In this document: piece by piece, positions 24,958 to 31,610 of the stretch | Position numbering within the stretch: position 1 is the stretch's first letter | How the letters are laid out: each line of letters starts with the position of its first letter | Origin: Microcystis aeruginosa NIES-2549 | Lineage (GTDB): Bacteria; Cyanobacteriota; Cyanobacteriia; Cyanobacteriales; Microcystaceae | Assembly (NCBI RefSeq): GCF_000981785.2 | Contig: NZ_CP011304.1 | Location: 3,660,001 to 3,692,000, forward strand | DNA: 32,000 bases | Reading direction: 5' to 3' | Made by a program: the position numbers and the translations under genes | The notes under the pieces: model-generated | What the model saw: only the letters and a program-made list of their open reading frames with translations | Told to the model about the DNA's origin: nothing | Databases searched by the model: none

Positions 24958-26568
24958 TTACCCAGAGTGATTATCATCCCATAATCGAACAAAAATCCCA
25001 AACAAAAAAACAATAACGGCCGATCCCAAAAAATATATCAAGAAATTAGAAACATCTAGATTAGTAGATCGAGTAAACTCATTCTTAATTGAATCAGGTA
25101 ATTGCCAAGAGATAAACAAGCCTAATATCCAAGAAATAAACAATCCAGCTAAAAGCCATATCAAATAACGAATATATGTATATAACTTTGCCACACTTTC
25201 GTTAGGCCATCCCCAAAAATTTTTTTCTGGGGGTTGTTTAAAGTTATCTCCTTCTAGCAACCAATATGCTACCTGCTTGACCAAGGGATTTTTTCGATTA
25301 GAATTATAAGTCAAATATTCAATATGACTCAATAAATGAATTAATTCAGCTTTATAAGCTATTTCGATTGGCTTTTTCCCACCGTAGTTTACTAAATCAA
25401 AATACTTAGTTTTACCTGCTACAGGATCAGTTGGATCGTAAATATTAATCCACTCAAAGTCAGCAGAAAAAATCGAGTTATCTTTATTGATAGGAACGAT
25501 AGCTGGCCAAACTACTCCAAACTTACTTAAAGGAGATCCATAGGTCATAAACCCTTTGAGATTTTCAAATAAATACTTACGAGAAATAATATCATCCAAA
25601 TCTAGCCAAGCCGGGCGACTTGGAAACATATTGTCAGCTTGTTTTTGTGTAAGAAAATTTGTACCTTTTGTTGCAATGCCAGACTTTTTGCATCTTTCCC
25701 ATAGATTTTCGTTGAGATAATTTGGTAAAACTGCATCGGGTTCCATCAAACCATTGAAAGCAACAACGGTTCCCAAGCTATGAGACAAAACATACCATCT
25801 ATCGTAATTGGCTAGTCTCATTTTTACTAGCCCTTTGATCATGCGTCTGCGAACCGAAATCCGTAGTGGTTGACCAATATCTATTAAATATCCTGCTCCG
25901 TCTGGTTCCCGTTTTTGTTCCTGATAATTCTTAATATCACCCAGATACTGAACTAAAACATCAGGACGAAGATCAAATGCCAAAATTTTGCGAAGAACAA
26001 AGCTTAACAAAGAGAGCAAGGGCTGAATCAAAAGCACAACCCAAGAAACTACAAAAAAGCTATAACGACCAAATAATGGTATATTCGGTGTTTTATCTGT
26101 TGAAACAGTTGTTGGCAAGTGTACTTGATTGAGAGTGCCGAAGTCGTCCTCAAAAAATCCCTGTTCTTTTTGTTTGTTTTTGTTCTTTTTTCCTAAATAT
26201 TGTTCTCTCGACCACAACGACAGCCCCCATCTCCAAAAAGAGAGTTGGGAAAAGAGACTATCCGCTTTACCGAGATCAGCCCACCAAGCTTCACTGAAGA
26301 TTAATTCTGTTACTTTAATGACTTTATTTTGATCATTAGGATCATGCTTTGTAACTTCAATAACAAGGGGTTCTTTGTCATTAGCTAACCAAGTTTGCTG
26401 ACTAGCTCTATATTCTGCATCGTCACTGTCATTGATAATCACCCGCACTTTGAGACATGGATCTGAAAGTAAGGCAGCAGCAATATTACTAGCAATTGCC
26501 TCTATATTTTCAAATTTCTTCGTTTCACCAATACCGTGAACGAGTAAAATGCCAACTTTAGTAATCAT
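24958..26568 (-). CDS. Membrane-anchored alpha/beta-hydrolase (lipase/esterase-like), 536 aa
   Basis: ILLVHGIGE (HG oxyanion motif), YVLSHSLGTVVAF (nucleophile elbow, SxSxG variant), candidate Asp in IYDPTDPVAG and candidate His in LLSHIEYL. A hydrophobic hairpin (FFVVSWVVLLIQPLLSLLSFVL) is inserted in the fold and there are two C-terminal TM helices. Confidence 0.6.
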   Translation of the reverse strand: MITKVGILLVHGIGETKKFENIEAIASNIAAALLSDPCLKVRVIINDSDDAEYRASQQTWLANDKEPLVIEVTKHDPNDQNKVIKVTELIFSEAWWADLGKADSLFSQLSFWRWGLSLWSREQYLGKKNKNKQKEQGFFEDDFGTLNQVHLPTTVSTDKTPNIPLFGRYSFFVVSWVVLLIQPLLSLLSFVLRKILAFDLRPDVLVQYLGDIKNYQEQKREPDGAGYLIDIGQPLRISVRRRMIKGLVKMRLANYDRWYVLSHSLGTVVAFNGLMEPDAVLPNYLNENLWERCKKSGIATKGTNFLTQKQADNMFPSRPAWLDLDDIISRKYLFENLKGFMTYGSPLSKFGVVWPAIVPINKDNSIFSADFEWINIYDPTDPVAGKTKYFDLVNYGGKKPIEIAYKAELIHLLSHIEYLTYNSNRKNPLVKQVAYWLLEGDNFKQPPEKNFWGWPNESVAKLYTYIRYLIWLLAGLFISWILGLFISWQLPDSIKNEFTRSTNLDVSNFLIYFLGSAVIVFLFGIFVRLWDDNHSG

Positions 26569-26638
26569 GATTTATCCTACCTACTGTGTTACAGGTCATT
26601 AATGTGCCATATTAATCTTTACCCAGTTCTCAAAATGC

Positions 26639-27091
26639 TTATTTTGACTGGGCAGAACTATTAAGATAATTTAGTTTGTGAACAATGTACTGTTTAAATA
26701 CAGCTTTCTGTGTCTTAGGGGAACGAATCACAACCCAGCTTTGATCGACAGACGCAACAATCCTTTGACTATGAGCAGCTGGTGGCTTCCATCGACTAGC
26801 TTCCCAATGGACTACTGCCTTGATATCTGCTTGTTTATCGTTAGCTGTAAGTTCAATTTTTTCGGCAGCATGAACTTCATCAAAAAACTCGTTGAGAGTT
26901 CCTTCATACCAGGGTTTAAACTGCTCCCAACTGGTTAATTTAATGCCAGGAAATTGGAGGATTAGATCGGGTTCACCAAAGGCAAATAAATCTATGTATT
27001 CTTCTACCAGGGCATGAGCATCAAGTTTTGCATAAAACTCGTTCACAAGCTGTCTAATTTCCGATTCTGTCAAGGGTACTAAGTTACTCAT
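26639..27091 (-). CDS. NTF2/SnoaL-like small protein (150 aa), tentative
   Basis: The size and pattern (LVNEFYAKLDAH...FPG...WEQFKPWYEG...FDEVH...AVVHWEASRWKPP...DQSWVV) resemble cone-shaped NTF2-like folds. There are no diagnostic catalytic residues. Confidence 0.4.
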   Translation of the reverse strand: MSNLVPLTESEIRQLVNEFYAKLDAHALVEEYIDLFAFGEPDLILQFPGIKLTSWEQFKPWYEGTLNEFFDEVHAAEKIELTANDKQADIKAVVHWEASRWKPPAAHSQRIVASVDQSWVVIRSPKTQKAVFKQYIVHKLNYLNSSAQSK

Positions 27092-27265
27092 CGTTTGTTG
27101 ATTTTTAGCGAAAGAATAGGAAGTAATTTTGATTCATTAAAATTCAGAATTGAACTAAGGGACTTGCGCTTTGATAATGTACCATCTGGCTGGTCTGGTT
27201 CTTCTACAGAGCGATTTTCTGGCTGGGATATTATTCCTACGCAAGTCCCTAAGAGCAAAAAACGA

Positions 27266-27520
27266 TCATTGTTGATCTATTGGTCGGACTAAAATTTCAT
27301 TGACGTTGACGCGCGGTGGTTGAGTGACCGCATAAACAATGGCTGCTGCAATGTCCTTATTTGCAAGCGGTGTTTTTGATTGCATCCACGCCTCGGCCCA
27401 TGCCTTCGCTTCAGGATATGTCATCCGAGTATCCAGTTCAGTCGCTACTGCACCCAGTTCGGTCAGGATAACGCGAATTTTATGACTGAGGAAGCACATG
27501 GTCATGATATTTCTCTCCAT
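27266..27520 (-). pseudogene. C-terminal remnant of a short-chain dehydrogenase/reductase (SDR)
   Basis: IRVILTELGAVATELDTRMT...AAAIVYAVTQPPRVNVNEILVRP matches only the last ~70 aa of classical SDRs. The Rossmann TGxxxGxG motif and the YxxxK catalytic region are missing. Its 5' end overlaps the 3' end of the upstream ORF. Confidence 0.6.
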
Positions 27521-28004
27521 CTCTTTTTTTCAGGAAATCCAGTAGCTCAGACGGACGCAATGCCGCGAATTTTTGTAAAAGAGCAAGGGCTGCTTGTCTC
27601 TCCTCTAGTTTTTCGCTTCGCAGGACGAATTCAAGAACATTGGTAACTTCTGTGCCCTTATCAATCTTCCTCGCACTAACAGTGACCTGGTAGAGGGTAA
27701 ATAGCTCAGTCGCTTGTGGTATATCTAATTTCCACACATGATTTACCCGATCATTCATTACTAAACGATCATAAACTCTCATCCCCTCAAAGTTAAAACT
27801 AACAATAGCACCTGGGCTGTTGTCAGGCTTTCCAAAGCCTATTTCTTTTCGTACGTCTGTACGCCCACTTAATGAACTAAGAAAAGCGTAAAAATCGTCG
27901 TACATTGACCAGAAATAGTCAATATCAAGGGGGACAACTCTCACTTCTGTAAAAGAGATCCATTGTCCATATCCCATATTTATCTTATTGGTACCAGGCA
28001 TCAT
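27480..28004 (-). CDS. Hypothetical 174-aa protein, possibly SRPBCC/Bet v1-like ligand-binding fold
   Basis: The ORF has an AAGGAG RBS. A beta-rich core is followed by a long C-terminal helix (EERQAALALLQKFAALRPSELLDFLKK), as in START/polyketide-cyclase-like proteins. The fold call is weak. Confidence 0.35.
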   Translation of the reverse strand: MMPGTNKINMGYGQWISFTEVRVVPLDIDYFWSMYDDFYAFLSSLSGRTDVRKEIGFGKPDNSPGAIVSFNFEGMRVYDRLVMNDRVNHVWKLDIPQATELFTLYQVTVSARKIDKGTEVTNVLEFVLRSEKLEERQAALALLQKFAALRPSELLDFLKKRDGEKYHDHVLPQS

Positions 28005-28110
28005 TTTCTCCTTGATTATTGAAGATCAGGTATAATTTAATCGTTCCAACCCGAAAATAGTTACTGTGTTTGCTCGCTTTTTGCATCGGCAACATTTGTC
28101 AATAGGGAGG

Positions 28111-28156
28111 ATCGGAACAGTCATTATTTGGAATTACTTCAGATGGCTGTTCCGAT
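28111..28156 (-). other. 10-bp perfect stem (atcggaacag / ctgttccgat) with a 26-nt loop, just downstream of the lipoxygenase stop
   Basis: Read directly. There is no U-tract after it on the minus strand, so it is not a canonical intrinsic terminator. Confidence 0.4.
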
Positions 28157-28165
28157 ACCTCAACT

Positions 28166-30172
28166 TTAGCTATTCAATCTCGAACGCAGGGTGTTGAGAT
28201 CGAATCCAAGTTTTTCAAATTCTGCTTTTTTGCTGGCAACCAATTCAATCAACTTAGGCGGAATGTCTCCATCCTCATTTTTGAGTATGTAACCGTATTT
28301 GAAATTGGTCAGCATATTAGAAGCACCAAGAATAATACTGGCTGCTTCCTGACCTGGCATTACACTCTCATCATCTTCATCAGCCATTGAGCCATTCCTT
28401 AAGAGATTGCCGTATTTTAGCTCGCCAAACTCAGGATTATGCTCATTGTGAATACAACTATGCCAATAGGTGGTTTGATAAATTACGTATTTACAAACCT
28501 GTTTAAGATTGGCGATATCTTTTTCAGTTGCTGTTGTCGATGAAGTAATCGGTCGGACTGCTTTGATTTCTCCATTAACCTCTCGACGAGGATTTGAAGA
28601 ATGATCAATCTCATTTAAGTCGTACCATTCATCTCCATCATCTACCTGCTCCATCGTCAGAGCAACATGAGCAACACTATGTTGAACTAAATCCTCGGAA
28701 AACCTGAAAATTTCATCCCAATTGCTGACTATTCCGTCACGATGCTCGTCAAAAAATGAATCGACATAAGTGGTCAGAATATCCCAGTATAAGTTACCGA
28801 TTTTGGCGTAAGTATGTGACTCACAAAGGGGTTTTCTGGGTTGCCAATCAGTCCAATCGTAACTTCCCACATTTGACCTGACCCATTTCAACATATCTGG
28901 AATGATGGGCATAGGCTCAAGTTTAGCGAAAAATCCTCCTTTGGGATCCATCAAGATTCGGCGACCAAAATTGTTAATATGGACTACTTCTTTCAGATGA
29001 GGGTATAATAAGTCGCGCAGGGGATTTTTCCGGACATTTCTCAACAAAGAGATCGAATACTGCTCCATATTAAAGTGGCATTGGCTCAGATGAGCTTTCA
29101 CTTCTCCTAAAACCCCCAGATGAGTAGCACGAACAACTCGTTTAGCCTGCAACCATTTTTTCCCATCGGTAGGCCTGTAAGTTTGGGGTTCTTTTAATGG
29201 TGGATTCGGCTTGGTGGAATTATTTTCACGGAATTGGAGCGTAATTTCAACAGGTAAGAGTTGCTCGTTTTTTAATTCAAATTTGACCTTATAATTTGGC
29301 AAATCTATCTTACCAGTTAGGGAAAATTTTTCACCATTAAAAGAAGTGGTGTATAGAAGAGGATTGTTTTTATCTTTCTTAAAAACAACAGGATTAAACC
29401 CATTTAACATCCTATCTCCAAAGAATTCATCACTTCTGGTAAAACCTGGCTTTTCCTTTTCTAAAATGATGGTTAGTGTTTCTGGGAATGATTTTTGGAT
29501 CTCATCATAAGATGGTTTGCTGGGGTCTCTCCGATTTTTTTGAATTATTGCATCCGTGATCTTGCCATATTTAGCGACAGATTCTAAGGTTATAGCCAGA
29601 GCTTCAGGTACAAAATCATGCTTAATAGATTTAGGTACACAATAAGGAAAATATTGGGCATAATCTGGATCATACTCATAGTAAGAGATTGACAATTGCC
29701 CAAAATTATAAACTGCTTCTTTGACGTTCTCAGCACCCTTGATCACTTCAATCAAGTTCTTTCTTCTAACAGATTTTCCCTCGACAATAACAGTTTGAGT
29801 CGGATCAAAAATTCTTAATTCCAAATCAGGATCATCACCCAATCCAGCCGCTTTGGGATCGTAAAAGATTTCAAAACTTCCATCCCGAACTGTTATTCCA
29901 CTACCTAAAAAATCTTTCATCCCGAAAAGATCGCGATCCCATAACTCAACTTCTAAACCAGGGATAGGTATTGTTGAGTCAGGATGAGTGATTTTACCTA
30001 TTACCTTATAGGATTCACTAACTACCTTTCCCTTTAACTGTTCTCTGACTTTTAACAGAGAACTAACGGGTAAACGGGATATCAATTCATAGACGAGACG
30101 TTCCTTTTCGGTATCTGCATATTCTTCCAGCGAGAATTCGCCAGAAAGAATTCTTTGGATAAAGTTGCTCAT
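28166..30172 (-). CDS. Lipoxygenase-family protein with a non-PLAT N-terminal region (668 aa)
   Basis: SDEFFGDRMLNGFNPVV (LOX RLxGxNP motif) and KWLQAKRVVRA (WxLAK). AHLSQCH is an H-X4-H pair at H361/H366 and WHSCIHNEH is an H-X3-H pair at H571/H575, the usual metal ligand positions. PHLKEVVHINNFGRRILM is also present. Residues ~55-125 look like a transthyretin/carboxypeptidase-regulatory-type beta-sandwich (GLEVELWDRDLFGMKDFLGSGITVRDGSFEIFY). Confidence 0.8.
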   Translation of the reverse strand: MSNFIQRILSGEFSLEEYADTEKERLVYELISRLPVSSLLKVREQLKGKVVSESYKVIGKITHPDSTIPIPGLEVELWDRDLFGMKDFLGSGITVRDGSFEIFYDPKAAGLGDDPDLELRIFDPTQTVIVEGKSVRRKNLIEVIKGAENVKEAVYNFGQLSISYYEYDPDYAQYFPYCVPKSIKHDFVPEALAITLESVAKYGKITDAIIQKNRRDPSKPSYDEIQKSFPETLTIILEKEKPGFTRSDEFFGDRMLNGFNPVVFKKDKNNPLLYTTSFNGEKFSLTGKIDLPNYKVKFELKNEQLLPVEITLQFRENNSTKPNPPLKEPQTYRPTDGKKWLQAKRVVRATHLGVLGEVKAHLSQCHFNMEQYSISLLRNVRKNPLRDLLYPHLKEVVHINNFGRRILMDPKGGFFAKLEPMPIIPDMLKWVRSNVGSYDWTDWQPRKPLCESHTYAKIGNLYWDILTTYVDSFFDEHRDGIVSNWDEIFRFSEDLVQHSVAHVALTMEQVDDGDEWYDLNEIDHSSNPRREVNGEIKAVRPITSSTTATEKDIANLKQVCKYVIYQTTYWHSCIHNEHNPEFGELKYGNLLRNGSMADEDDESVMPGQEAASIILGASNMLTNFKYGYILKNEDGDIPPKLIELVASKKAEFEKLGFDLNTLRSRLNS

Positions 30173-30195
30173 TTGTGAGATTCCTCCTGCTAATT

Positions 30196-30630
30196 TTATT
30201 TCGACGGGTTTTTTTGTTGCGCTTCCGCTCGTTTTTGGGCTAGTTCTGGTGAATCTAATCTTTCAACTCCTAAGATTTCCGAAAAAATCTTACGATTCCA
30301 ACCAACTAGGTGCATTTGAGTAAATTCCTGAAAGAAGATGTACATACGATTAGCTGGTACACTAAATCTTTCTAATAAAATATCACTGATGCTTTCTGTC
30401 AGTTTTTTGGTAACTTCCGCAGACATAGTTAGACTGAGAAGTTGGACTACTGCCGCTGGTTTATCGTAATCCCCGCCAAAGGAGACATTGACTTTGGTGT
30501 TAACAACAACCAAAATCATCTCCTTCGGATCCCCTTTGTTAATATGAACCTGCTCCGTAACCTGAGTGATGACATTTTGAATCACATCCCGCTCAAAGTC
30601 ATGATTGGTCTCAATCCTCACAAATGGCAT
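30196..30630 (-). CDS. MIF / tautomerase-superfamily protein (144 aa)
   Basis: It starts MPFVRIETN, so Pro follows Met, which is the catalytic Pro-1 arrangement. VSFGGDYDKPAAVVQLLSL...RMYIFFQEF...VGWN parallels MIF/D-dopachrome tautomerase. It has an extra ~25-aa charged tail and a GGAGG RBS at 30637-30641. Confidence 0.78.
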   Translation of the reverse strand: MPFVRIETNHDFERDVIQNVITQVTEQVHINKGDPKEMILVVVNTKVNVSFGGDYDKPAAVVQLLSLTMSAEVTKKLTESISDILLERFSVPANRMYIFFQEFTQMHLVGWNRKIFSEILGVERLDSPELAQKRAEAQQKNPSK

Positions 30631-30841
30631 CTAAATCCTCCCCTTAGTAAAGTATGGGTAAATGGCGAATCGAACAGCCGAGAACAACCAAGAAGTCACC
30701 CGACTACGAGAAAATTTCGGTCTCGGATAAAAATTTTTGGAAACTGTTTTTATCGCATTAGACCTTCAACATCCTCTTTCTTAAAACCTAGACTTTAACT
30801 CTTGTCACTGTAATCGTTTTTCCTTTCCAACACAACCAAAG

Positions 30842-30965
30842 TTTACCAACTTAAGGAAAAAGTTCGTAAAATTCCCCAAACCCTTACCCTACCTAACCTC
30901 CAGCCCATCCACTCCCTCGCAAAAATCCTTGACTTGGGAAAAATCCCCAACTTTACCAACTTAAG
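30842..30965. repeat. Degenerate ~110-bp direct duplication upstream of the cassette
   Basis: The exact 14-mer tttaccaacttaag occurs at 30842-30855 and 30952-30965. The flanking units show patchy similarity (aagttcgtaaaattcccc / aagctttgtcaaaataccc). Confidence 0.6.
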
Positions 30966-31140
30966 CCCAAGCTTTGTCAAAATACCCTGACAATCTCTCC
31001 ACTCTCCGACCCCCCAAACTTTGGCTTCATCCCCAAAATCACAAGAGCCGCGATCCACATCAAAAAAGGTCTTAACCCATGACAAACACTTCACCCAAGA
31101 GAACTTTCGGATTTTATTCCAGGATTCCAATTTTAATAAC

Positions 31141-31468
31141 CTTACTTAGGGCTTGCTGAATAAATCTAAAAACCTTGTTGGGTAAGACTTTTAGGCTTTT
31201 TGTCAATCAAAAAGTACCAAATATGGGAGTGATCGGGGGAAAATTCAGGGACTTTTTCCCCGAAAATTAATTTGACCCTCTGAAAACGGGTAAAACCCTA
31301 CACCCTAGACCCGTTCGGACTTCGGACGTTCGGCGAGACTTCGGACGTTCGGCGAGACTTCGGCGTGAGCTTTTGTCGAACGCTCAGTCGAACGCTGAGC
31401 TCACGGCCGAAGCCTACACCCCACACCCTACCCCCACGAAAAACTTTTTGCCGCAAACCCTACTTAAG
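31141..31468. mobile_element. ~330-bp MITE-like composite element with imperfect 16-nt terminal inverted repeats
   Basis: The ends cttacttagggcttgc (31141-31156) and gcaaaccctacttaag (31453-31468) match in 13 of 16 positions as inverted repeats. The element contains tagggcttgctgaataaat (31147-31165), CCCTACA-type heptamers (31296-31312, 31413-31437), a 19-nt tandem repeat and the leader motif (31432-31460, minus orientation). Confidence 0.55.
31319..31370. repeat. 19-nt tandem repeat (acttcggacgttcggcgag) x2.7, followed by a dyad
   Basis: The units are at 31319-31337, 31338-31356 and, as a partial unit, 31357-31370. Then gtcgaacgctca/gtcgaacgctga are direct 12-mers, and ggcgtgagc...gctcacggcc form an imperfect inverted repeat. 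Confidence 0.85.
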
Positions 31469-31610
31469 TACATAATAACTGTTCAAGGAGAATCATCAGC
31501 GAATTCACCAGGTTAAAATCCTGACTCCTAGTGCAAACTTTAAATCTTGTAAAAAAAGTAATTTTTTGTATCCCCATTGATTATCATAACAGAAAATTCT
31601 GCTAATCTCT

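Noticed and set aside
26129-27646. Plus-strand ORFs 26129-26332, 26678-26938, 27095-27292 and 27380-27646 within the cassette
   Set aside because: All are antisense to or between better-supported minus-strand genes, and none has a recognisable domain.
30442-31130. ORFs 30442-30798 (+) and 30843-31130 (-)
   Set aside because: The first is antisense to the MIF-like gene and its leader. The second is a W/G/K-rich translation of the degenerate 110-bp duplication.
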